A DNA stretch of 64,000 nt from Macrostomum lignano (taxonomy: Eukaryota). The notes under the pieces were generated by a model, which did no database searches, was not told the origin of the DNA, and saw only the letters and a program-made list of their open reading frames with translations. The stretch is taken from positions 46,133-110,132 of the forward strand of contig NIVC01002936.1 of NCBI GenBank assembly GCA_002269645.1, given 5' to 3'. This document shows positions 12,070 to 23,411 of the stretch, piece after piece (positions within the stretch are counted from its first letter, which is position 1; each line of letters begins with the position of its first letter). Position numbers and translations under genes: made by a program.

Positions 12070-12545
12070 CAAAGAATCGGAGGAAGTGAGGTGGATGCCG
12101 CGTTTCTACAAAAGAATTGGAGGAAGTGGGGTGGGTGCAGCGTATAGGCCAAAGAATCGGAGGGAGTGGGGTGGGTGCCGCGTGTAGGCCAAAGAATCGG
12201 AGTGAGTGGGGTGGGTGCAGCGTATAGGCCAAAGAATCGGAGGGAGTGGGGTGGGTGCAGCGTATAGGCCAAAGAATCGGAGGGAGTGGGGTGGGTGCCG
12301 CGTGCAGGCCAAAGAATCGGAGGGAGTGGGGTGGGTGCCGCGTGCAGGCCAAAGAATCGGAGGGAGTGGGGTGGGTGCCGCGTGCGGGCCAAAGAATCGG
12401 AGGGAGTGGGGTGGGTGCCGCGTGCGGGCCAAAGAATCGGAGGGAGTGGGGTGGGTGCCGCGTGCGGGCCAAAGAATCGGAGGGAGTGGGGTGGGTGCCG
12501 CGTGCGGGCCAAAGAATCGGAGGGAGTGGGGTGGCTGCCGCGCGC
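12070..12545. repeat. 40-bp G-rich minisatellite
   Basis: Unit AAAGAATCGGAGGGAGTGGGGTGGGTGCCGCGTGCGGGCC. Confidence 0.95.
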
Positions 12546-13204
12546 GGGCTGAAGAGAGGGTGTGGGGATGGTGCTTTTTTTTCAGAGCAGAATATTTAAT
12601 TCGATAAAGCGAATTAAAGCGGCTAATAATTTTTTTAGAGATATATTGGGGCCTACATTCAGGTCATAAACAAAAGAAAAATTTCTTTGTACATAATCAT
12701 ATATAGCTGTGCGGTAGTACGAGCGTATTTTTAATTTTTACCAAAACTTTCTGTATTATGAATAATTAACTAGACTATGCTAGCTATACGACCGAATGTA
12801 CTATCGATAAACATGCTTAGCAGTGGCTTTTTAACGTTCGTACAAAGACAATTACTAAGCCATCCATACTAAAATTAATGCTTCTGCACACGGGTCTGTT
12901 ACTATTTGTTGTATTTGTCAATTTTTACGGAAATAATTTTCAAACAGAATTTGAAGCAACTTATGCACAAACCCTGCAAACCGAAACTTAGTTTTATGTA
13001 TTTTGGAAATAAAAAGCTACCGTAGCTGTTTTGGTGTTGTGGCATCAGCTATTTAAATTGTAAAATTAAGTAGCCTGTGTGTTTTTACTTAACAGCTTAA
13101 TGAACTTGTTTGCACTTCAAAAATTCTCGCGACGATTTAACTTCCCCATTTTCGCCGTCTCATTATTTCTTTCTTATCCTTATTACCTTCCTCTCAACCT
13201 GCAT

Positions 13205-13680
13205 CCCTGTCTCCCTCCACCCTCCCTGTCTCCCTCTCACCCTCTATGTCTCCCTCTCACCCTCTATGTCTCCCTCTCACCCTCCCTGTCTCCCTCTCAC
13301 CCTCTATGTCTCCCTCTCACCCTCTATGTCTCCCTCTCACCCTCTATGTCTCCCTCCCACCCTCTATGTCTCCCTCTCACCCTCTATGTCTCCCTCCCAC
13401 CCTCTATGTCTCCCTCTCACCCTCTATGTCTCCCTCCCACCCTCTATGTCTCCCTCTCACCCTCTATGTCTCCCTCTCACCCTCTATGTCTCCCTCTCAC
13501 CCTCTATGTCTCCCTCCCACCCTCCCTGTCTCCCTTTTACTCAACCTGTCTCCCTCTCACTCTACTTGTCTCCCTCTCACCCTCCCTGCCTTCCTCTCAC
13601 CCTACGTGTCTTTCTCTCGCCCTCCTGTCTCCCTCTGCCTCCTCCCTGTCTCCCTCTCTCTCACCCTCCCTGTCACCCTC
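13205..13680. repeat. 20-bp CT-rich minisatellite
   Basis: Unit CCTCTATGTCTCCCTCTCAC. Confidence 0.95.
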
Positions 13681-14727
13681 ATATCATATTGCTCGCCCCC
13701 TCTTTAACGTATCTGGAAAGGTTCTCACCCGCAAAAATTCTGATACAGAAAGTTAGGCTTCGCATAAGTCCACCCAGAGGAGTGTCCAGTTTTTCTTCTT
13801 TTTCAATCCATCAGTCTGACTCTCGGTCTCGCTTCAAAGACTTCTTTCCCAAGGACGTGATTAATATTTCTCCAAGTAGACCCTTTCCTCCAAAAGTTCT
13901 CAATAATAATTTTTCTTTCGTTTGAAGTCGTTTCTTTTTTAATAAGAGCAAAATATACTCGTTGATCAATCTTTGCTGACCTGATTGGCAGTGATGAGGG
14001 CTGCAGTGCTGTGTCTCCAAATTAGGGCTCTTGAGTTCCTTCCTCTACGATAGCTATAGTTAATTGATGTTTCTGATCTTTTCTATCTGGAATAATTGGT
14101 ACATGGTGTCTTTGATTTTGAGAATATTGGTGTACCTATTTTTAGATTTATGTACAATCATAATTTGTGATTATTTTGCGGATGAGTTGAGCACTTGCTT
14201 GAAGCTGGCTTAACCCGACGAGTTTCAACAGCAGCCTCCTTACTTTAATGTGTTCTTACCTTAACTGTTATTGTTAATCTACTTAATGAGGTAAATAACC
14301 AGCCATCCAGTTGTAGCCTGTGCTGAGATCTGCCTGAGAATAAACTCATCACATTTCAATAGGTCGACCTTAATTCCTTTCTAAATAAATAAAGAAATAA
14401 TATTTTCTTCTGGCTAATGGGCAGCGTTTTAACGCATCGGTATCCATTTTTATTTATTATATTTGACTGTAACAGAGGACCATTAAAAACGAGACTTTGT
14501 GACAAAAATAAAAGTGAGAGAGCTTTGTTATACAATAAGTACGAGCTATTACGTAATAACTGTACGGTTCACGCACCGTGCACAATTACGCCCGAACTCG
14601 CTCACAAGAGTCTTAAACTGTGAGCGATCAAGTTTGGCAAGAATCCTCGCGACAAAACGGTCTTTAGGTACCTGCCGATTGCAGCTGATCTACAAGCAGA
14701 ATTAGCCTCATCGCTGATCCGACCGCC

Positions 14728-15494
14728 TTACAGCTTCCCGTTGTGCCAGCTCTTCGTGTGCAGCTGCACCACGTAAGCTTCGGGAAACGCAGCGATACAC
14801 TTAGCCTCTTCTTCGTCCGTCATGCGACCGAGGTCCTTGCAGGCAGCCACCTTGTTGGTGTACCAGCTGAACGGATTAAAGTACTTGGCCTCGAAGATTT
14901 TCGCATCTGTTGGCTTCTCCTTCATGTAGTCCCTCAGCTCTTGCATTAGAATCTCAGGCCCGGTGGTAAAGTCCACTGTCCCCCCCCCTGCCAAAGTGTT
15001 GGTTCACCATCACTCTTGCGATCAGCCGCATCCAAAACGGATGGCCGGGTCGCGAGGCCATGAGTGAGTTCTCGACGTAAGTCCGCAGCAACGAATCTTC
15101 CTGGTTGAGGCCGTCCATGCCGCCGAACAGCATCGCGGTGGAGTTGAGCAGGTGCTCGAAGTTCTTCTGACAAACTGCGTCAAGGTCAGCATAGATGTCC
15201 TCCAAAGTGGAACATGTAGAAGTACCTGGCGACATCGGCTCTTTCCACCGGCTTTTTGAAGCTAAAGTACACCGGCAGGAACCATGGGTAATGGTCTCGC
15301 ACCAGCGCCAGGTTGTCATCGTCGGTCCAGAAGCGAAATTCCCAGTTCGGAAAGCAGGTCTGCCAGCTGGCGCTCCAGCGCTGCGCTCGTCTGGTGGGCA
15401 GCTTGCGGCTCTTCCAGCTTTGGTGTATCATCGGCGTGACAAAGTTGCCGACGCGCTGCTCTGATGTTTGACCGATCTGTGCAGTGGCGTGCAA
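14728..15494 (-). CDS. GT32 DXD glycosyltransferase (SUR1/CSH1/OCH1-like mannosyltransferase), catalytic exon with two 1-nt frameshifts
   Basis: PMIHQSWK...WEFRFWTDDD...YPWF...RADVARYFYMFHFGG/IYADLD...NSLMASRPGHPFW...TGP...FNP...QLHTKSW. Frame changes at about 15199 and in the C-run (plus strand) at about 14980-14988. Confidence 0.85.
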
Positions 15495-16029
15495 TGGATT
15501 CTGCTGTTAGTGTTACCGAAAGCATATCCCCCGAAGAGAAAGTGCAAAATTAAAAAACTGTGATCACAATCAAGAAATCAAAAGGCGCAACATTTGTCCC
15601 CCCCATCCTCAAGAGCTCATTGGCTTGCCACACGCCGCCTACGATATGTACAACACCGCCATTCATTTGCATCTCTCTGAATCAACCTCTTCTCAGAATG
15701 AACGACTTCAAGGGACAGATCTTGTATTCCCATATGATGTTGCCAATTAGCAAGTTTACCAAGTTTGTCGTATTGTAAAGTTGTGCACTTTCATTTCGTT
15801 CAGAACAGTGTTGGAATGGTAAAAAAATGAATCCTGTTATCATGGCTTCGTTCTAGGCAAGCTAAGAGACAGGTAGCCGGAGATCCTAAAGAAAAACCTT
15901 TGTTTAAATTAATATTTCAGTCTATTTTCCAGTATTGAGAGCGCCAAGAGCAGTAAGTAAAACGCCGGTACTCGGATGGGATAGGGCTGGTGCCTATTGC
16001 TTCTTTCTGCTTGTCATATGCCTAGTTAC

Positions 16030-16147
16030 CTGAAGCACCTGAGGTCTCACGAAGTCCTGAAGACTCCTGATGCATGCTTAAAAGCGATCGGACTATCAGC
16101 AGAGCGAGTGCAGCGACTGCCGCCTTGATTACAGTTAGGATCCGCAT
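16030..16147 (-). CDS. Candidate first exon (signal anchor) of the GT32 gene
   Basis: MRILTVIKAAVAALALLIVRSLLSMHQESSGLRETSGAS then G|GTAACT. An in-frame phase-1 acceptor exists at CATCAG|AG (15460), with a weak pyrimidine tract. Confidence 0.55.
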
Positions 16148-16699
16148 TTGCGAAAGCCGCGTGCAAGCTTCCGTGAGGACGGTCCGACTGGTGAATTCGC
16201 TTCTATTTATGTACTTTATTTTGCATATGCCATATGCTTTGCAAAGTGATGTGTATGGACTATTGCTTCATTTTATGTCTATGACAGAAACCTTCGTTAA
16301 CTATGCAAAGTGATGAACACCAAGCTCACAAGAAGGCTCTTTACTTTTAGGGTCGATTACCTGCTTTAAATCTTCCATTTAACCTTACGAATTCAATCCA
16401 TAGCTCGCACATCGGATCGACTGTAGAATATATTTTAAGTTCAGAGCAAAATAATGATAAATTTGTGTCACTTTATTTGACTGCAATGACATGCCACGAT
16501 GCATGCGAAGTCTAGGAGTAAGCTGAAAAAGCAGGTCAACATATCAAAACATAACATGACATAGCAAAGCCTCTCGGAGAATGGTATAGGCGAGTAACTA
16601 TTCTTGCTGATTGGTTTGTACGAGTTGAAGAAATGGTCCGATCCTGCACAGTAGATCATCAGCATCAAACGCCAAGCATTGACAAATCGGCCATTGACA

Positions 16700-17385
16700 A
16701 AATAGATAGATGAGAATAGAAGTAGATTGATAAGAATTGAAGTAGATGAATGAGAATAGAAGTAGATAGATGAGAATAGAAGTAGATTGATAAGAATTGA
16801 AGTAGATGAATGAGAATAGAAGTAGATAGATGAGAATAGAAGTAGATTGATAAGAATCGAAGTAGATGAATGAGAATAGAAGTAGATAGATGAGAATAGA
16901 AGTAGATTGATAAGAATTGAAGTAGATGAATGAGAATAGAAGTAGATAGATGAGAATAGAAGTAGATTGATAAGAATCGAAGTAGATGAATGAGAATAGA
17001 AGTAGATAGATGAGAATAGAAGTAGATTGATAAGAATTGAAGTAGATGAATGAGAATAGAAGTAGATAGATGAGAATAGAAGTAGATTGATAAGAATCGA
17101 AGTAGATGAATGAGAATAGAAGTAGATAGATGAGAATAGAAGTAGATAGATGAGAATAGAAGTAGATAGATGAGAATAGAAGTAGATAGATGAGAATAGA
17201 AGTAGATAGATGAGAATAGAAGTAGATAGATGAGAATAGAAGTAGATAGATGAGAATAGAAGTAGATAGATGAGAATAGAAGTAGATAGATGAGAATAGA
17301 AGTAGATAGATGAGAATAGAAGTAAATAGATGAGAATAGAAGTAGATAGATGAGAATAGAAGTAGATAGATGAGAATAGAAGTAT
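16700..17385. repeat. 20-bp minisatellite with 60-bp higher-order repeat in its left part
   Basis: Unit GATGAGAATAGAAGTAGATA; a three-variant cycle runs to about 17110, then pure monomer. Confidence 0.95.
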
Positions 17386-17899
17386 ACAGAAGAGGAATTA
17401 AAATAGATAGATTAGACTGAATAGACTGAAGTGTTCCATACCTGTATACTATTGCATAGGTAAATTTCCATATTAGTAAAAATCATGAGCAACAAATATG
17501 AATGCATCATATTTCATCAATTAATCAACTGGTCTCTATAGTATCAAATTTCTAAAGCCACATCGACGCTAGCTGTATTTTTTTAATAGCAATCAATCAA
17601 TGCATCAGAGCATGCAGCCTCCCTAATGATTGGTAGATCAAGCATCTTCATAACTGGATTGTGCATTTTTTATTAAGAAGGCAAGTGCTTGACGTATATA
17701 CGCATGCGGACAGTGAGAGAGATCAACCAGCTCACCTCTAGGATGCATATTCGTCAGATAACAAGACCTTGAACTTGTTTTTTTCGTCAAAAGGTCAATC
17801 AATGAATTAGTGAAGTTAAAGTGAAACTTCATCCCGCTGTTTTCCGTTTCAGTGACGTTCGGTTGCCTACGCAGTATATACAAGCGTAGCTAGCGCTTT

Positions 17900-18765
17900 G
17901 TGAGATTCTCAGGGGCAATTCTCAGGGGCAATTCTCAGGGCGATTCTCGGTGCGATTCTCGGTGCGATTCTCAGGGCGATTCTCAGGGCGATTCTCAGGG
18001 CGATTCTCAGTGCGATTCTCGGTGCGATTCTCAGGGCGATTCTCAGGGCGATTCTTAAGGGCAATTTTCAGGGGTGATTCTCAGTGCGATTCTCAGGGGC
18101 AATTCTCAGGGCAATTTTCAGGGGTGATTCTCAGTGCGATTCTCAGGGGCAATTCTCAGGGCAATTTTCAGGGGTGATTCTCAGTGCGATTCTCATGGCG
18201 ATTCTCAGGGCGATTCTCATGGCGATTCTCAGGGTGATTTTCATGGCAATTCTCAGGGCGATTCTCATGGCGATTCTCAGGGCGATTTTCATGGCGATTC
18301 TCAGGGCGATTCTCAGGGCGATTCTCAGGGCGATTCTCAGAGCGATTCTCAGTGCGATTCTCAGTGCAATATTCAGTGCGATTCTCATGGCGATTCTCAG
18401 GGCGATTCTCATGGCGATTCTCAGGGCGATTTTCATGGCGATTCTCAGTGCAATTCTCAGTGCAATTCTCAGTGCGATTCTCATGGCGATTCTCAGGGCG
18501 ATTCTCATGGCGATTCTCAGGGCGATTTTCATGGCGATTCTCAGTGCAATTCTCAGGGCGATTCTCAGAGCGATTTTCATGGCGATTCTCAGTGCAATTC
18601 TCAGGGCGATTCTCAGAGCGATTCTCAGGGCGATTCTCAGGGCGATTCTCAGGGCGATTGTCATGGAGATTCTCAGGGCGATTCTCAGTGCAATTCTCAG
18701 TGTGATTCTCAGGGCAATTCTCAGGGGCGATTCTCATGGCGATTCTCAGAGTGATCTTCTTGGTG
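17900..18765. repeat. 12-bp satellite, left part
   Basis: Unit GCGATTCTCAGG and variants. Confidence 0.95.
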
Positions 18766-21700
18766 CACAGCTATCTTGAAGACTAGTTAAGTGACAAAAA
18801 AATTGCCCAAAAACGGGTTGTGTTTTCAAAAACAATGCACCACTAGAAGTTTTTATATAAATTTTCAAAATGATTTTGCGAGATATTTTTATTTTATTGC
18901 ATGTTTTTACTTTTACAATGATTTCTGTGCTGAAATTATAGCATCTGTGGTCTGGTAGTTAAGGGTTACTTGTATAATGTATAGCATACGTATAATTTTT
19001 GGTCAAACATATCAATACATAAATTAGTAAACTTCATTAAATGAAAAATGGTGAATAATTAGACTTTCAATAACATTTTGATAGAAAATCACCTTTACCT
19101 TTAAAAATAGTTATTAACTAAAAGCAACTTGTTCACTGGTGCCGTGAGTTGTACACAATTGTGCATTTCAGCAGCTGCTTGCTGTACTGTGCACTCGTTT
19201 TCGCCACTTTGTAGCTGCTGTCCCAGAGGCGACTGAAGTCCGCATGCACAGCCTCACTTGCCTGCTCCGACCAGAATCCAAGGCCATGCAGAGCTGATCC
19301 AGGCATTTGCGGCTGGTTGCGAAGAAATGGAGCAACATGCTCAAAGACAGCATGGACTTTAGGGCTGACAGGAATGCCAACATCCTTGTAGGCCGCAGCA
19401 AATGCCTTTATTGCTGCATCGTAGCCGTCTAGAAGCACCAGTCCAAAACAAGTCCTACAGACTTCACGAAAGGTGCGAAGGGCTTGTACAATAGGCATGG
19501 CTGCTATGGCACCGCAGTCTTGCAGCATTTGCTCAAGTGAGTCGACACTGTTTAGCAGCTTGCTGCAGTGGTTGCCAGTAAACTGCCCACCTTGATATGG
19601 TGCCTGCCAGATGTTTAAACGATTAGCAAAGTCCTGTGCTCGTATTGTACAGTTGGAGATTGACTGTAATCGAGAATCAAGCTCCTTGAACAGCCGATTG
19701 ACAATACCTAGCATCAAGTGCAACTCCATTGGAGGCACAATGTTGATCACCAAAGTCTCGTCTGGAAAATCAAGCAGCGGCATTCTAACACAATTCTTGA
19801 ACCTGGCAGCCGAGTGCCTTGTGCTACTTGTCTGTTGCACCAGCTCTTGGTAGCTGTTAGCATTCTGTCGTATGCTGCCAAATGACCGCAAGGGAACTTC
19901 ATGATGTATGCTACAGAATTCTTTGCAGTTCAACTCGCACCATGGACAGGGGTGACTGCTGCTGGCACACTGGAGGCCAAGTAGTGCGTTAGCCATCTTC
20001 ATGTCAACAGCAAGACTGAAGCGTACCTGTTGCAGTCTCAGAAGGTCCAGGACAGCCTTGATGTTGAAGTAGGACTCTCGAACATCTTCGACAATTGCAA
20101 GGATCAGCAGTTTTTTCACTCCACTATCACAGAGAAACGAGAACTGCATGCGGCAGCAGAATAGCTTGTCTTTGTTTTAGGTTGTTGCTCTGCTCCAATT
20201 CGCACAATAGTGAGACAGACCTTCAAGAAGTTGCCTCCTCCATCTATGCCAATTTTAACTTCAAAGTTTCCTTCTTCAATGCAGCGGTGGTACAGAAGGC
20301 TATCAATGAGTCCCTCCGGGTCCTTGCAGTATACAACGTGTCTCATCTCTGTTGCTGCATCCTTCCCAACCTCCAGCTGCATTGCCTTTACATCAAAGAA
20401 ATCACCTAGCTCCTCATCCAGCTGACGTAACTTTGACATCAGTCCAGAGTCCACAGACTTGCGTCCTTTCCAGTTGCGCAGGAACTGAGCTGCCAGTTTA
20501 GTCTGCTGGCCACTTAAGCCAAGAGTATTCTGAAACCTGTTGAACTCTTTGGCAGTCACAGGCTTGTCAACAAATGTGGCACAAGAGTTTTTGCATTGCG
20601 CTGTAGTTGTCACTGTCAGCTGATAAGGTCCACGAGTTGCTAACTGTGTGGAGAGAAAGGCACCACTGGTGCACTTTGTCTTTATGAGGTCTGATGCATG
20701 GATTTCTGCACCTCTTTTGTCCATGGCAAACTGAAGTGAAAGGTTTTTTCTTCTTTGAGTCACATTGCAATTGTGAGATATACCTTTGCCAAGCACAGAG
20801 TAGCAGCGCATGCAGGTTGATACAGGTTGAGCTTCAGGCAGAGGATCTTCGATGCCAGATGAAGGTCTCCCACGAGGGTGTGCACTGACTTTCCGTGATC
20901 CAAGGCCTTTACCAATAGGTGTCCATCTTGCGGCAGTGCAGATGCCACACTCGCACATGGTCGTTGAGCGTGTTAGGACAGTCATTTTTATGCTTGAAAA
21001 GTCGAATGATCGAGGCAAAGCATCTTCTTCTCGCTTTCCTGCCTCAATGTCAGCCAGCAGAGTTCTGCATCGAGTGCACACTGCAGCTGGTAGTTGCTCA
21101 TCATCAAGATTACAGCTTGGCATAAAAAACCGGCGAATCCTTGTGAGTACAGTTTCACCAATTGGCTTCATGCTGTTTCCTTTTTGCATGCAAATGAGAC
21201 ATACTTTGAGCCGATTTTCTGCATGTGATGCTCCGCATGATGGGTTTGGCATGGTTGCAGCTAAATACTATATCAGGTTGAGTTAATTTTCCAGTTTTGA
21301 TTGCTTAAGATGACACTTTCATGCGGCATTGATATTATAGCTTGTTCATTCCACTACCAAATGAGGTTACAATTTTAGGCTCACACAGCTTGTACATAAC
21401 TTTAAGCTTGTACTCAGCAGTGTGAGTTGATGTCTCAACTGATTTTAGTGTAAATGTACGCTTGTATATAGGCATCCAGCCTTTATAAAGTTATGCAATT
21501 TTAAAAACACAAAGGCTAGGAGCTGCTACACATCTCTTACATCACATTTTAAAAGTTGTTCTGCTAAAAAGATACACTGTGTTCTGAATTATTAGTGGGT
21601 CACAGATATTCTTAGCTTGGAACTCCTTGTAAAAGTCAAAACATGCAATAAAATAAAAATATCTCGCAAAATCATTTTGAAAATTTATATAAAAACTTCT

Positions 21701-21780
21701 AGTGGTGCATTGTTTTTGAAAACACAACCCGTTTTTTGGGCAATTTTTTTGTCACTTAACTGGTCTTCAAGATAGCTGTG
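18766..21780 (-). mobile_element. Chapaev-type (CMC/Transib-related) DNA transposon, 3015 bp, about 153-bp TIRs, 4-bp TSD GGTG
   Basis: Termini CACAGCTATCTTGAAGAC.../...GTCTTCAAGATAGCTGTG; TIRs 18766-18918 and 21627-21780; GGTG on both sides; internal transposase. Confidence 0.93.
19133..21252 (-). CDS. DDE transposase, about 706 aa if one 1-nt frameshift near 20133 is corrected
   Basis: N-terminal H-x7-CxxC...PxxVCxxC zinc finger, CxCxxC, AT-hook PRGRP. Core GIDGGG (D), AVDMKM...GL...HPCPWC (D), ELHLMLG, FTGNHCSKLL, PKVHAVFEH, GLGFWSEQASEAVH (E). Confidence 0.9.
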
Positions 21781-22582
21781 GGTGATTTTCATGGAGATTC
21801 TCAGAGTGATCTTCTTGGTGATTCTCATGGTGATTCTCAGAGTGATTCTCAAGGCGATTCTCAGTGCGCTTCTCAGGGTGATTCTCAGTGCGATTCTCAG
21901 GGCGATTCTGATCAGGGGTGATTCTCAGTGCGATTCTGATCAGGGGTGATTCTCAGTGCGATTCTCAGGGCAATTCTCAGGGCGATTCTCATGGCGATTC
22001 TCAGGTCGATTTTCAGGTCGATTCTCAGTGCAATTCTCATGGCGATTCTCAGTGCGATTCTCAGGGCGATTCTCAGAGCGATTCTCAGGGCGATTCTCAG
22101 GGCGATTCTCAGGGCGATTCTCAGGGCGATTCTCAGGGCGATTCTCAGGGCGATTTTCAGGGCAATTCTCAGTGCGATTTTCGGTGTGATTCTCAGGGCG
22201 ATTCTCAGGGCGATTCTCAGAGTGATTCTCGTGGTGAATCTCAGAGTAACTCTCTGGACGATTCTCAGAGTGATTTTCTTGGTGATTCTCATGTTGATTC
22301 TCAGACTGATTCTCAGAGTGATTCTCATGGAGATTCTCAGAGTGATCTTCTTGGTGATTCTCATGGTGATTCTCAGAGTGATTCTCAGAGTGATTCTCAA
22401 AGTGATTCTCAAAGTGATTCTCAGGGCGATTCTCTTGGTGATTCTCCCAGGGCAATACCCAGAGCGATTCTCAGGGCGATTTTCAGAGTGATTCTCAGAG
22501 TGATTTTCAGAGTGATTCTCAAGGCGATTCTCAGGGCGATTCTTAGTGTGTTTTTAGAGTGATTCTAAGGGCGATTCTCATC
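21781..22582. repeat. 12-bp satellite, right part
   Basis: Same GCGATTCTCAGG family continuing after the transposon. Confidence 0.95.
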
Positions 22583-23411
22583 TAAAATGAGAGGAGAATT
22601 TAGTAACCTTTTCTGTCATTTACAGAAATCATTAATGCTTATTATTAATATTGAATAATTTCAAACAACTTCCTTATCTCAGAAATATTCCATAAAAAGT
22701 TTTGTTGCTAAGACGCAAACTTAATAAAGTGTTGGCTATGAACTCAATATGCCACCAAAATATTTTTTTAAATGAAATTATCTCGAAGAAGACTGAATTG
22801 ACGGACAGACTAGCTGATGACTAAAACCTATTTTGGGTCACTTATCAAAGCTAGGCGGATTTCCTCAATTCAAAAAAGGGACCGACAGTCAATCAAACTT
22901 GGCCAGAATCAAAATTATGAAAATTATTTAAGCCGTCATCTCTTTGTGACAAAAATAACAATTCAAGTTTGTGAGTTGGTCTCTATTAGAAACAGAGTGC
23001 AGACTGCATTTTATTGAAGTAATAGTATTTTTTATTGATGAGTTAAAACTGAGTTAAAACTTTAGCTTATTTTATGCAAAATAAAAGATAACTAAAAACG
23101 CTCGTATTTTACTTTTATAGTAGGTAAGTAGAAAGTTGTCTATAAATGTACTATGTATAATAATTGAAGTAGTGCTGGCATTAGTAAAGACATTTATAAT
23201 CGCATTCTTAGAAAAGTCAGGTTAGGTTAATAATTTGTTTCTTAGAAAGGTGGCTCTTTGAATCATTTTGAAATTGCGACTTTTAGAGCTGATTCTTAGA
23301 AATAGAATATTACAAGGCAAGTTTAAGTTATTAAGGAAGTCAGTTGATTTGAACTACAGGAAAGTGTTTCGATCAACTACAGTTTTGTAAAATTACTAAA
23401 AAATGAGATGA

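Noticed and set aside
13700-14330. Possible decayed coding fragment on the minus strand
   Set aside because: Multiple stops in all frames and no recognisable motif.
16468-16668. Hydrophobic ORF as GT32 first exon
   Set aside because: Weak donor; the exon at 16147-16030 has a better ATG, signal anchor and GTAACT donor.
18766-21780. ProtoRAG-type RAG1L+RAG2L transposon
   Set aside because: Only 367 and 528 bp remain outside the transposase ORF, no kelch/PHD-like ORF, and the TSD is 4 bp rather than 5 bp.
17950-22562. GDSQ / RIAL / ENRP repeat proteins
   Set aside because: Translations of the 12-bp satellite, open in many frames on both strands.
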